A stretch of DNA of 63,242 bases, filler included, from Octopus bimaculoides (taxonomy: Eukaryota): NCBI RefSeq assembly GCF_001194135.2. It is 5 parts of 5 records of this genome, joined end to end, with 100 filler letters (N's around TTAATTAATTAA, not from the genome) between each part and the next. Parts side by side here need not be neighbours in the genome. Positions count along the whole stretch, not along the records: positions 1 to 12,762 come from NC_069007.1; 4 more parts are not named here. The stretch is one strand, 5' to 3'. This document shows positions 1 to 11,540 of this stretch, piece after piece. Position numbers and translations under genes: made by a program. The notes under the pieces were generated by a model. The model was not told where the DNA came from. It saw nothing but the letters and a program-made list of their open reading frames with translations, and did not search any database. Numbering within the stretch: position 1 is the first letter of the stretch; each line of letters opens with the position of its first letter.

Positions 1-250
1 CGACAATGAATCCATCTACACAATTCCTTTGCCAAATCTTAGATAAGGGTCGGTGTCAGGGCTAGAGGAAGGAACTTGTGTCAGGATGGGAAGTGGGGGG
101 GGGAGTCACTATTTATAGGGTGGATGAGTGAAGTGTGCGCGCGTTAGGATTTTGTTGAGGGTGGACGAGTGGGGTGTGCGATGGGGTTTGTCCCCTTGCT
201 CCCTGCTGCCTAGCAATGGGTGAGGAGAATGTCTTGCATTCTTATTATAG

Positions 251-595
251 ATGTAGGTCTGGCTGTGTGGTTAAGCAGCTTGCTTTGCAACCATGTGGTT
301 TCAGGTTCAGTTCTATTGCACAGAACCTTGGGCAAGTGTTTTTCTCTTTCCTTGCTATAGCCCCAAGCTGACCAACATATACATATATATATGTATATAT
401 ATGTGTGTGTGTGTGTGTCTGTCCAACACCCTACTGCATGACAGCTGGTGTTGGTTTGTTTACATTCATATAACTCAGTGACTTGGTAAATTGAAACTAA
501 AAAAAAACATGTACTGGGGTCGATATGTTTGATTAAACTCTTCAAAGCAGTACCTCAGCATAGCCACAACTCAATGAGTGAAACAAGTAACAGAA
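251..595 (+). mobile_element. tRNA-headed SINE, family B (octopus-type)
   Basis: Head GGCTGTGTGGTTAAG...GGTTCAGTTCTATTGC (A/B-box-like), internal (TG)n, CTGGGGTCGAT core and GAAACAAGTAA tail. The same layout recurs at 10083, 33355, 34268 and 38498. Confidence 0.75.
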
Positions 596-842
596 AAGAT
601 ACAAGAGTCATTTGAATTAAGGTTTAAAAATGAAAACCTTTCAAAATCTAGTCCACAAGTTCAAAACCTGACACATGCAGTGACGTGGGAGGAGGTTGAT
701 TTCATCTTTGGGTTAGTTTAGCACCACCACCCGGTCAGGGGGCAGGGGGCTTTTTAGCAGAATATACTCTGTTGCAAGTATTTGAGGTTAGGAGGGTGAC
801 CAAGTAACCTTGTCTTACAAAGTTACTAGGTGACCCTGCCAA

Positions 843-1115
843 TGCAGGTGCCACTTAAAAAAGCATCCAGTAAACTCTGTTAAGTGGTTGGCATCCAGCT
901 GTTTGAAAACCATGCCAAAACTGACCATGTCTTTGTGGGTGCCATGTAAAAAGCACTCTGCAGGGTAGTTGGTGTTAGGAAGGGCATCCAGCTATAAAAT
1001 AAAAATCCCTTCCAAAACTGACACAGAAGTATGGTGCAAGCTTCTTCCTGGCCAGCTCCTATCAAACCGTCCAACCCATGCCAGCATGGAAGGAGGACAT
1101 TAAATGATGATGATG
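843..1115 (+). mobile_element. RTE-type retroposon 3' tail fragment
   Basis: AGGAAGGGCATCCAGC...CCAACCCATGCCAGCATGG...TAAATGATGATG, matching more than 10 copies in the window. Ends in a (GAT)n tail. Confidence 0.7.
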
Positions 1116-1139
1116 AATCCTGAACGAGAATATAGATTT

Positions 1140-1640
1140 ACTTGATCATGGCTAACTCGGGGCCATGCAACAGCTATGTAGCACTGCAACTCAAGGAAAT
1201 ACTTATCACTGAGGTTTCCGCCAACAGCTTAGTGCCTTGGCTACAGACACAACACTGCCGCTGACTGAGGACTGGACAATTAATGATGGACACGTGGAGC
1301 TGAACGGTCAAGAAGTCTGCATTGCAAGCAGATCTCCGGTTAGGTTCCACTGTACGCAGCACATTTGACAAATGTCTTGTACTGGCCATTAAATAACACA
1401 TGGGTCTTACTCCAAACCTTGCAACTGAAATTGGATTGATGGGCACAGTGTGGAAGCCGTTCCACTCAAACATGCACTCATCTCTCTCCCTGGAACCCTT
1501 TTTCTCAATCCTTCCACCCTCCTGCCTGTGTCCCTCCCCGACTTATTGTTCAAGAACTCCTACTGCATTGGAAACACTGGAAAATCTTGGAAGGGGTCTG
1601 CAAAGGATAAAAGCATAACTCCTTCCTCTGGAAAAGAAAA
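1140..1640 (-). mobile_element. Degraded I/Nimb-clade LINE ORF2 C-terminal fragment
   Basis: Minus-strand ISVARFGVRPMCYLMASTRHL...ACNADFLTVQLHVSIINCP resembles the LxRLRxGHxxLxxHL...CxxCxxxLTVxHILxxCP zinc-knuckle end of I-clade LINEs (recalled motif). Confidence 0.5.
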
Positions 1641-1796
1641 AGGATAAACAAGCATAATTTTTTTTTTTGTAAAATATTAATTTTATTTCAATGAAGAATT
1701 GAAAAAAAAAAATACCATTGAATTTCTTTATTTAAAAAAAAAATTTCTCTTAACCATCGACTAATTGTTTATACACAGACATGGATATTATATATA

Positions 1797-2306
1797 CACA
1801 GGGTTATTCCAAAAGAAGGAACTAATTTCATTGCACAATATTTCAATAAAGAAAAGCAATAGAAAACTCCAGCTGAGTCACAAGTATTTTCTCACAATCA
1901 ACTTTTATTTCTTGTCTTACAAGTGCTCAATGTGGCAACCACCTGCAGCACGGGAAATTTCAATGTGATAAGAGAATTCCTCCCGGACATGTACCATCAT
2001 ATCATGATCCACTGAGGTGAGGTTTTCTCGTAGGGATATGTAAAAGATTGCATTTATGTTCCACCGCCACCCACTAACCTCAATGACCTTAAACATCAAA
2101 CAACAACAACGATCACCTCAGTGAATTTTCTTATCACATTGATGTTACCTGTACTACAGGTGGTGGTCACATTGAACACTTTGTAAGACAGGAAATAAAA
2201 GTTGATTGCGAGTAAATACTTGTGACTCAGCTGGAGTTCTCTATTGCTTTTCCTTATTAAAATATTGCATAATGAAATCCGTTCATTCTTTTTGAATAAC
2301 CCTGTG
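1797..2306. mobile_element. Non-autonomous Tc1/mariner-derived element with about 170-bp inverted arms
   Basis: CAGGGTTATTCCAAAAG... at 1799 is mirrored by ...TTTTTGAATAACCCTG at 2304, with arms alignable by eye over about 170 bp in a TA-rich context. The interior encodes GYVKDCIYVPPPPTNLNDLKH, a Tc1-like post-DDE segment. Confidence 0.75.
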
Positions 2307-3257
2307 TGTGTATATAAATATATATATACACACACATACAAACATATGCACAAAATTGAAAACAACTGAGTTATAGTTTTTAAGTGTTTACCGACAAGGC
2401 GCATGGCCTTGTGGTTAGGTTGCTGCACTCACACTTGCAAGATCATGGTTTCAATTCCTAGGTCAGGCAGTGTATTGTGTTTTTGAGCAAAGCTCTTCAT
2501 TTCACATTACTAAAATGAGTAATCCCTGTGACAAGACGTGTAACCGGCCCCTATGTGTCCAAAGACTTTAGACAGTAATGTCCAGTGGTTTACCGTTACT
2601 TTTTATTGTTTTTAACTAGTTTTTACTAAAGATGTTTCATGAGCAGTGAGTTAGCTAAGTTGTTAGAATATTGGATAAGAGTATCTTGAGGTACTTGTTC
2701 TTGCTCTTTGCAGTTTGAGTCCCCCCCCCCCACTCTTCTTTGGTAGAAATTGGCTGAGATCAAACCCAGGAAGGGAGGCACTATGCCAGACTTAATTCTA
2801 TACAGAGAATAGATGAGAGCGAGATAAGCCTGGTATAGAAGACATGGAGTTGTTAGAACTCAAATGAATTTGAACTTCAACTCTGAATTCTTCATCCATG
2901 GCATCAAGAGTGACTACAAGAGAAATGACAGTGATGCAGATTAACATAATTGGTTCGACATTATATATATATATATTTAGTTCGAATTTACAGAAGACAA
3001 AGACATGTGAGGGAACAACAACAACAGCAGGTGTATTAGTTTGATGCTTGGGAAGAATGGAAAAGTCTGATGTTTTGAGCCCATGCTCATCGACAAAAGA
3101 TTGAAAGGGGAAAAAATGGAGAGATAATGAAAAAAAAATATACGAATATATTTACATAGTAATCTGTATTTTTTATGCTGTAGATACGTGTTTGTGTTAT
3201 CTATCTATCTATCTATAAATGTTAATCCTAATTTAACTGCATCACTACATCCATAGT

Positions 3258-3617
3258 GGAGGCCCAGTGGTTAGGGCAGTGGACTCGCAGTTTCGATTCC
3301 CAGACAGGGCATTGTGAGTGTTTATTGAGCGAAAACACCTAAAGCTCCATGAGGCTCCGGCAGGGGATGGTGACGAACCCTGCTGTACTCTTCCACCACA
3401 ACTTTCTCTCACTCTTACTTCCTGTTTCTGTTGTGCCTGTAATTCAAAAGGGTCAGCTTTGTCACACTGTGTCACGCTGAATATCCCCTGAGAACTACGT
3501 TAAGGGTACACGTGTCTGTGGAGTGCTCAGCCACTTGCACGTTAATTTCACGAGCAGGCTGTTCCGTTGATCGGATCAACTGGAACCCTTGACGTCGTAA
3601 GCGATGGAGTGCCAACA
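3258..3617 (+). mobile_element. tRNA-headed SINE, family A (octopus-type)
   Basis: GGAGGCCCAGTGGTTAGGGCAG...GTTTCGATTCC head and GGAACCCT...GGAGTGCCAAC tail. Homologous to 8437, 21893 and 26673. Confidence 0.85.
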
Positions 3618-3621
3618 GATT

Positions 3622-3790
3622 ATTGTCAAATGTTCTGCTTATTTATCCATGTTGTTTTGAATTAGTCCTGCATTATCTTGTAGCTACAAGGTTCTGATGA
3701 TGTGAATGTTTATTTTTGGAATGACATGGTATGGTAGGTATGAGAGGCCAAATCTAGCTGTTTTGAATGCAAAACAGAATATTTGGGTTG
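3622..3790 (+). mobile_element. Truncated copy of the piggyBac-type MITE family
   Basis: Shares GAATGACAT...GAGAGGCCAAATCT...TATTTGG internal sequence with the TTAA-bounded copies at 32957 and 37784. Termini are not visible. Confidence 0.5.
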
Positions 3791-4732
3791 GATATGGCTG
3801 GTTTAAATGTAGTAACATTTTCCTTTTATAGCAAAATACGTACCTAATAAAATTACGAAGGTTACTCTGCTCATTATGCATGAAATACACAATATTTTCT
3901 TCTTTTGTAGATTAGGTAGGCATAATTCGCCCCCTGCTTTTCAATCTCAGTATTAAAACTATGCATAGTACTGCTGTAGTACATATGCTGTGTACATTCC
4001 TACGTTTTCTTTACATGCTATAAAGGCAGAAGTAAATCTGCCTTCAACTCAGTCATGTGCTTGTGTTTCGCTTATTTCTTTTGTGTATTACTACATAAAC
4101 ATCAACTGCCTACCCTGAGTAATTACTGGTGGCATGTGCTTGATACGTATATACTGAAGTTTTAAGTTCTATTTTTCCAGTTTGCATCACCAAACCTCTA
4201 TATATCTATTTTAAGTTGTTATTCAATTGGATATAGCCGTTTTTAAAGTTAACTACTCATATCTTATTGGGTAAGAATATGTCAAAGACATGCATATAAT
4301 GAATACAGGCAATGTGCTCAGATTGCTGGCAGTCCAATGATGGGTCAACTGGCTGAAACTTCAAAGTTACTGTCAATGACATTCTTGTATAAGAATTATA
4401 AATTTGTACTCTACAAAAGTACAGAAAAACCCATCAGATTAATGTAAAATTGTTTTTATTATAACTAAACATAAAAAACAAACCTATATATTGTTGAGGA
4501 GTATTCCATTAAGAATGTATTAGAGTACGAAATAGAGCTTGTTCAGTTGGATGTGATAGCATTTATTTATGGAGCAATTATATATTACCTGAGGAGATAC
4601 AACTAGGTCTATTATACAGGTAAACCATTATTTAATTTAAATTTAAATCCTGTGTATATGTGGATCTATGTTGTATTGAAACATGTGGAGTGGTCATTAA
4701 ACAGCTGTCGAATCATACACCCTCTTCCTTTT

Positions 4733-4769
<37 letters not shown>

Positions 4770-4905
4770 AGAATTTGTTTTGAGGTTCGAAAATGCACCT
4801 GAATTTGAAAAACGTGTAGTTGTTTTCAAATACATTTATCTACATACATACATACCAAACTAGTTTCAACAAATTTTTNNNNNNNNNNNNNNNNNNNNNN
4901 NNNNN

Positions 4906-4939
<34 letters not shown>

Positions 4940-5276
4940 ACAAGGGTGTTTTACCATTGATAAACAAAAAATTGTTGAAAATAGTTTTGGTATGAATGCG
5001 AATAAATCTATTTAAAAAGTACGTTTTTAAAATTCAGGTGCATTTTCAAACTCCAAAACAAATTCTATATTTTTTCCTGCATAGGAGCACACCACTTCTT
5101 TCCATATATATATACATATATATATATTACTTAGTGCAAATACATTGAAAAAGTTGTTCATAAATCGACATAACACGCACATGGAAACAAAGTCAAATAT
5201 TCAAATTAACAAAGCCTTATATAAATACCTGTTCATGCATATATAGATGAGTGTGTGTATGTATCATATATAGATA

Positions 5277-5665
5277 TCATCATCATTTAACGTCCGCTTT
5301 CCATGCTAGCATGGGTTGGACGATTTGACTGAGGACTGGTGAAACCGGATGGCAACACCAGGCTCCAATCTAATTTGGCAGAGTTTCTACAGCTGGACGC
5401 CCTTCCTAACGCCAACCACTCAGAGAGTGTAGTGGGTGCTTTTACGTGTCACCCGCTCGAAATGGTGTCTTTTATGTGCCACCCGCACAAGAGCCAGTCC
5501 AAGGGCACTGGCAACGATCTCGCTCGAAAATCCTACGGGAGCCAGTCAGGCGGTACTGGCAACGGCCACGCTCAAAATGGTGCATCTCATGTGCCACCCG
5601 CACAAGAACCAGTCCTGGGGCACTGGCAACGATCTTACTTGGCTTGCCGGGTCTTCTCACGCACA
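5277..5665 (-). mobile_element. RTE LINE 3' end (ORF tip plus 3'UTR)
   Basis: Reverse complement of GTGAGAAGACCCGGCAAG (ORF end) through the subrepeat 3'UTR to the (GAT)n tail. Confidence 0.8.
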
Positions 5666-6444
5666 ATAATGATAAAAGTGAAAAGGGCATTGATTATGAT
5701 CTTGAGACAGGGGTAACAATGCTACTGTCTTCAGATCAAAGACATGACTTAAATGCTTGCAACAAGAATCCACTAAAGACACTTAAGGGTCAGAGAGTGA
5801 TGTGAAAGTAGGTAACACATGAAGCCTCTCTCTCTCTCTCTCTCTCTTCCCCTTACTCTCACGTTTCTCCTCCTTTCCATACACACGGCAGATCACTATT
5901 GAGTCTATCTTGTTCACACACATGCACACAAGCCACACGCCTTTGTGTGAGTGTGAGAGAGTTAACTGATGAGATTCAGAGATTCTCAATATAGAAAACA
6001 CTTAGTAGCACTCAAAGGATTTGAACTTGTACTTTGAAGCCTTTACCAACAACCAATTCCTTGGTGGGTAAAGAGTATCGATAAGAGGAACCCAGGTGAG
6101 TGGATATGGAGACAATGATCCAAGTAAACAAATAAAACTGCTTGGGTTTGATATACAAAATATATATACATGTGTACATAGAAACAGAGAGAAGTACTCT
6201 GTAAGTTTGTTCTGCTAATATATAAATGCCTATATATTTACAATTGAATATCCCTCATCTGAAAATTTTCAGGCTTTGGTTTCTCTCTATTTACATGTAT
6301 ACATGCTATCGGACTTGTCACACTATACCTTCTCCCCTTTATTTTTCTGTCTTTGTATTCAGTGTGAGCTTGCTCTGTTAATATATAGATATCTTTATAT
6401 TTATACTTGACTATTCATCATCTGAAAATTTCCATTCCTTCACG

Positions 6445-6748
6445 TAAAAAGCACCATTTGAGCACGATCATTTCCAGCTTCGCCTTACTGGCACTTGTGC
6501 AGGTGGCACGTAAAAAATACCATTTGAGTGTGGCCGTTGCCAGTACCGCCAGACTGGCCCTTGTGCCGTGGCACATAAAAAGCACCCACTACACACTCTG
6601 AGTGGTTGGCATTAGGAAGGGCATCCAGCTGTAGAAACTCTGCCAGATCAGATTGGAGCCTGGTGCAGCCATCCGGTTCGCCAGTCCTCAGTCAAATCGT
6701 CCAACCCATGCTAGCATGGAGAGCGGACGTTAAATGATGGTGATGATG
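6445..6748 (+). mobile_element. RTE 3'UTR fragment
   Basis: CACGTAAAAAGCACC subrepeats followed by the conserved tail and GATGGTGATGATG. Confidence 0.8.
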
Positions 6749-8091
6749 AAACCCAAGTGGTTTAATTTTTTTTTTTGCATCAATGTCTCTGTGTGTATGT
6801 GTAGGATATTAGACAATAACTTGGCTCTAAGTGCACTGTTTCTTGTAAAACTAACGAAGGTGAGGAGTACCTGACTCATGATTTTTTGTCGATCACTAAT
6901 TAATGCACACACACTCACTCACCCATATAATGTGTGTGTGTAATGGAGATAAACACCAAATTTTTTATGCGATCGGCTTTAGAATTGTTGAGATATTTTC
7001 CTGACATGAAACCAATGGTAACCCTAATACACAAAGAATCCTTACCCACCAATGCTGCATTGATCACTCATTCTCATTGGTAGATATTTACACACACACA
7101 CATACACACACACACACACATACATAATTACTGGCTGCATAAGCCATTAAAATGGAAATCTGAGGTCCCAGACAAATATCAACCTCATCAAAGTTTCACT
7201 CTAGAGTTCCACTGTAAATAGTTTTCAACAATATCAACTACATAGACACACATTATTTATGTAATACATAAATGCATATAAGAAAGTAAGAGTATACCTC
7301 TTCATGTACAATGTAAGGAAGCACCTTTTGATGCAACTCTGATGAAGTGCCATTCCAATGAAGTCAACGGCAAATATTGCATAACTTTTCACCATGAAAT
7401 CATTTACAGGCAACGGCTTGAGAAATGGAGTTCTACTGAAAAAAACTGACTAATAATAAAGATGTGCTAAATTCATTCTCTGTCTCATTTGGATTGTATA
7501 TATATATATATCTATGTGGAGAGAACTAGATATACTCAGCATAAAAACATGTATTAGTCCTCTCCCTCATATATATATATATATATATACACACTATACA
7601 CACACATATACATACATGCATATATATATATATATATATACATAGTGGTTGTCTACTCCTTACACAGAGTTTGACCACCTCCTGCACCTACACCTTAGCC
7701 CGTTCATGGCGTCTGATGTGGCTTATATATACATATATACACACACACATATATATACATATACACACATACAAATATATATATATGCAGACATTATGCA
7801 TACACACACCTATATATNNNNNNNNNNNNNNNNNNNNNNNNNNNNNNNNNNNNNNNNNNNNNNNNNNNNNNNNNNNNNNNNNNNNNNNNNNNNNNNNNNN
7901 NNNNNNNNNNNNNNNNNNNNNNNNNNNNNNNNNNNNNNNNNNNNNNNNNNNNNNCACATGCACATTCATACACTATACTCCCCCCCACACACACATATTC
8001 ATACATCATAGCCCTCACACACGCATACATACACACACGCATACATACACACACTCAAATATACTTACACCCTCGGGTACACATCCAACCA

Positions 8092-8241
8092 TTAAAGCAA
8101 TTGATAGACCCTGAACGTCCTGTTTTCAAAGACCAGTCGGAAATATTTGGTATACCGCTTGGCACCCTTTCGGATCTCGTTGCAAAACCTTGGATGTTGG
8201 TTCCTCACCAATCCATCTCTGTGACTGACACCATCAGGGAG
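8092..8241 (-). CDS. DPY19L3: DPY19L3-like C-mannosyltransferase, terminal coding exon
   Basis: TTTTTTTCTGCAG acceptor, 150 nt, phase 0: LPDGVSHRDGLVRNQHPRFCNEIRKGAKRYTKYFRLVFENRTFRVYQLL*. Matches the recalled DPY19L3 C-terminal HPRFCxEI...YFxxVFxNxTFxVY. Confidence 0.9.
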   Translation of the reverse strand, partial: LPDGVSHRDGLVRNQHPRFCNEIRKGAKRYTKYFRLVFENRTFRVYQLL

Positions 8242-8436
8242 CTGCAGAAAAAAAACGGAAGAAAAAAGGACCGGGGTTTCATAGGTTGGAAAGTAACGCT
8301 GGTTTTTGTAAGTGTTCTAATTTAGCCATAGGCTCACTGTTACTATCAGACACATTATCAAATGTGTTCTTGCCATGACCATCCAGTCATTTTTTTTTTT
8401 TAATGCTGAATACTACATTATTATTATCATTATTGT

Positions 8437-8805
8437 GGAGGCGCAATGGCCCAGTGGTTAGGGCAGCGGACTCACGGTCATAGGATTGTGGTTTCGATTC
8501 ACAGACCGGGCGTTGTGAGTGTTTATTGAGCAAAAACACCTAAAGCTCCACGAGGCTCCGGCAGGGGATTGGTGGTGAACCCTGCTGTACTCTTCCACCA
8601 CAACTTTCTCTTGCTTCCTGTTTCTTTTGTGCCTGTAATTCAAAGGGTCAGCCTTGTCACGCTGAATCTCCCTGAGAACTACGCAAAGGGTACACGTGTC
8701 TGTGGAGTGCTCAGCCACTTGCACGTTAATTTCACGAGCAGGCTGTTCCGTTGATCGGATCAACTGGAACCCTCGATGTCGTAAGCGATGGAGTGCCAAC
8801 AACAA
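8437..8805 (+). mobile_element. tRNA-headed SINE, family A, full length
   Basis: GGAGGCGCAATGGCCCAGTGG A-box, GTTTCGATTC B-box, tail GGAGTGCCAACAACAA. Confidence 0.85.
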
Positions 8806-8825
8806 TTATCATTATTATTATCAAG

Positions 8826-9020
8826 GCAATAAGCTTGCTGAATCATTAGCATGCTGGGCAAAATGTTTAGCAGTTCAAATTCTGCCGAGGTCGACTTTGC
8901 CTTTTATCCTTTCGATGTTGATAAATTAAGTACCAGTGAAACACTGGCGTCGATGTAATCGACTACCCCACTCCCCTAAATTTCAGGCCTTGTGCCTATA
9001 TTAGAAAGGGTTAGTATTAT
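8826..9020 (+). mobile_element. SINE family C fragment
   Basis: GAGGTCGACTTTGCCTTT...GATAAATTAAGTACCAG core ending in (ATT)n. Copies also at 39085 and 58232. Confidence 0.7.
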
Positions 9021-9175
9021 CATTATTATTATTATTACTCAATGGATTCTTTTTTTGTTTCTTTTTTATCCCCTCTGTAGCAAGAAACCTATACTTGTCC
9101 CTCTTTCATACTTTGAATTGGTATCCTACAACCAAAGGGAGCACTGGTGTTGGTGCCACATGAAAAGCACTGGTA

Positions 9176-9211
<36 letters not shown>

Positions 9212-9263
9212 CATGTGTGTGTGGTTGGGAAACAAGCTTCTCCCATGCCTGCACCTAAATATG

Positions 9264-10065
9264 AGGTAGACCCAGGAAGACCTAGGGCGAGGTGGTGAAG
9301 CACGACCTTCGAACATTAGGCCTCACCGAGGCAATGGCTAGTGACCGAGACCTTTGGAAATATGCTGTGCGTGAGAAGACCCGGCAAGACAAGCGAGACC
9401 ATAACCCGTGGCCTTTACCAGGGGTGTAGCCCGCCCACTTATGCATACCTTTCCTTCATTGGACACTAAACTCTGCTTGCGAAGATCTGTTGAGGCAAGT
9501 GAAATGAAATCGAACTAAATTCGACGACTGGCATCCATGCCAACCTTCCTTCTTTGGACACTAAACTCAGCTTGCTAAGACCTGTTGGGGCAAGTGAGAT
9601 TGAAACTGAACCAAATTCGATGACTGGCACCCGTGCCAGTGGAGCACTAACAGCACCATCCAAGCGGGATCACTACCAGAGCAGTGGTCTCGCGCCCGTG
9701 CTGGTGGCACGTAAAAAGCACCATTTGAGCATGATCATTTCCAGCTTCGCCTTACTGGCACTTGTGCCAGTGGCATGTGAACAAAACAGTGGACTGACTC
9801 CTGTGCAGGTGGCACGTAAAAAACACCATTTGAGTGTGGCTGTTGCCAGTACCGCTCAACTGGCCTTTGTGCCGGTGGCACATAAAAAGCACCCACTACA
9901 CTCTCGGAGTGGTTGGCGTTAGGAAGGGCATCCAGCTGTAGAAACTCTGCCAGATCAGATTAGAGTTTGATGTAGCCATCTGGTTCGCCAGTCCCCAGTC
10001 AAATCGTCCAACCCATGCTAGCATGGAAAGCGGACGTTAAATGAAAATGATGAATGATGATGATG
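9264..10065 (+). mobile_element. RTE-clade LINE 3' fragment
   Basis: RGRPRKT*GEVVKHDLRTLGLTEAMASDRDLWKYAVREKTRQ is the typical RTE ORF2 C-terminus, followed by a modular 3'UTR and a (GAT)n tail. Confidence 0.85.
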
Positions 10066-10082
10066 ATATATATATATATATA

Positions 10083-10415
10083 GGTGCAGGTCTAGCAGAA
10101 ACTTGCTTCTCAACCATATGGTTTGGGTTCATTCCCACTGCATGACACCTTGGTCAAGTGTCTTCTACTGTAGCCTTGGGCCAACCAAAGCCTTGTGTGT
10201 ATGTGTGTGTATATATATCTGCATTCGTCTCTCCCCACCACTTGACAACTGGTGTTGTATGGTTCATGTCCCTGTAACTTAGCAGTTCAGCAAAGAGACT
10301 GACAGAATAAGTACCAGGTCAGAAAATTAAGCACTTAGGGGTGAAGACACTTGACTAAAAAATTCTCCAATGCATTGCCCCAGCATGACCACAGTCTGAT
10401 GACTGAAACAAAAAA
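10083..10415 (+). mobile_element. SINE family B
   Basis: Homologous to 251-595 across head, (TG)n and tail. Confidence 0.7.
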
Positions 10416-10555
10416 TATAAAACAGGTGCTGCTGCATTGCCTTCCCCATGACCACCACCACCACTGCCACTTTATGGGAAATTGTAGAACTCTCTAATTC
10501 CACAACTAAATAAATTTGAGGAGACAGGACGATTTGTTCAAGTTAAAAGCCTTAC

Positions 10556-10711
10556 CTCTCCGTTCACAACATCAACCAAGTCTGGTGTGCGACATCCGTT
10601 CCTTGATGGTGCCAGGCAAATACTGTCTTCGAGGATTATGTGAGTGGTTTTATAATGCGTCAGAATTTTGTAGATGTCTTCTGGAGGTTTCCGGCCATAG
10701 ATTTGGTAAAT
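10556..10711 (-). CDS. DPY19L3: DPY19L3-like internal exon
   Basis: AG/GT bounded, 156 nt, phase 0-0: IYQIYGRKPPEDIYKILTHYKTTHIILEDSICLAPSRNGCRTPDLVDVVNGE (DPY19 YQIY...ILEDSIC motif). Confidence 0.92.
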
Positions 10712-11139
10712 CTTGTAGGAAAAAGGAAAGAAAAGAAAAAGAAATTTGTAAACAAAGATTAAAAGTCTGAAATGATTTGGCATCAAGATTAGGATTATCC
10801 CTACATTCTTTGTGTCCTACCATTCTCCATTTTAGTTCTGATGTTTTTGACCTTTCTCCTATTTCTCTCCTGAGTCACCTAAAGAATGTACACTTTCTTG
10901 AACATTGTGTTTCCAATAAGCAAAAGCAAATGCAAACTAATTTACACACACACATCCCACATGTGTGTGTATGTGTAGCAGAGTGAGACCCAGCAAGACA
11001 TGGGGTGAAGTACAGAAGGCCGGACCTTACAAAGGTGATACAGAGGACTGAGATATGTGGTGCATTGCTGTACTCAAAAAAGACCTGCCCACCACAGCAG
11101 AATTGGGATCCTAAAACAAAGGTGCCGTGTAAAAAGCCA

Positions 11140-11335
11140 TTGGTGCAGGTGCTGGTGTCACACAAAAAGCACCCAGTACACTCCACAGAGTGGTTGGCAT
11201 TAGGAAAGGCATCTGACCATAGAAACCATGTGCCAGAACAAATTATGGAACATGGTGCGGATCCTGGTCTTGTCATTTCATGTCAAGTCATCCAACCCAT
11301 GCCAGCAAAGAAAACAGAAGTTTAATGATGATGGT
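11140..11335 (+). mobile_element. RTE tail copy (left arm of an inverted pair)
   Basis: AAAAAGCACCCAGTACAC...CCAACCCATGCCAGC...TAATGATGATG. Confidence 0.7.
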
Positions 11336-11344
11336 GATTATAAA

Positions 11345-11540
11345 TCATCATTGTTTAATGTCTGCTTTCCATGCTGGCATGGGTTGGACGATTTGACCGA
11401 GGACTGGCAAACCAGATGGCTGCACCAGGCTACAATCTGATCTGGCAGAGTTTCTACAACTGGATGCCCTTCCTATCACCAACCAATCCGAAAGTGTAGT
11501 GGGTGCTTTTATGTGCCACTGGCACGAGGGCCAGTCAGGC
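11345..11540 (-). mobile_element. RTE tail copy (right arm of an inverted pair)
   Basis: Reverse-complement copy of the same tail, starting about 10 nt after the plus copy. Confidence 0.75.

Noticed and set aside
7293-7449. Plus-strand open frame IPLHVQCKEAPFD...WSSTEKN* followed by AATAAA
   Set aside because: It has no convincing acceptor or start and no recognisable homology. It is kept only as a caveat to the minus-strand candidate.
8437-8510. tRNA genes at A/B-box-bearing heads (also 251, 2396, 3258, 58232)
   Set aside because: They continue into SINE bodies and lack a complete cloverleaf, so they are SINE heads.
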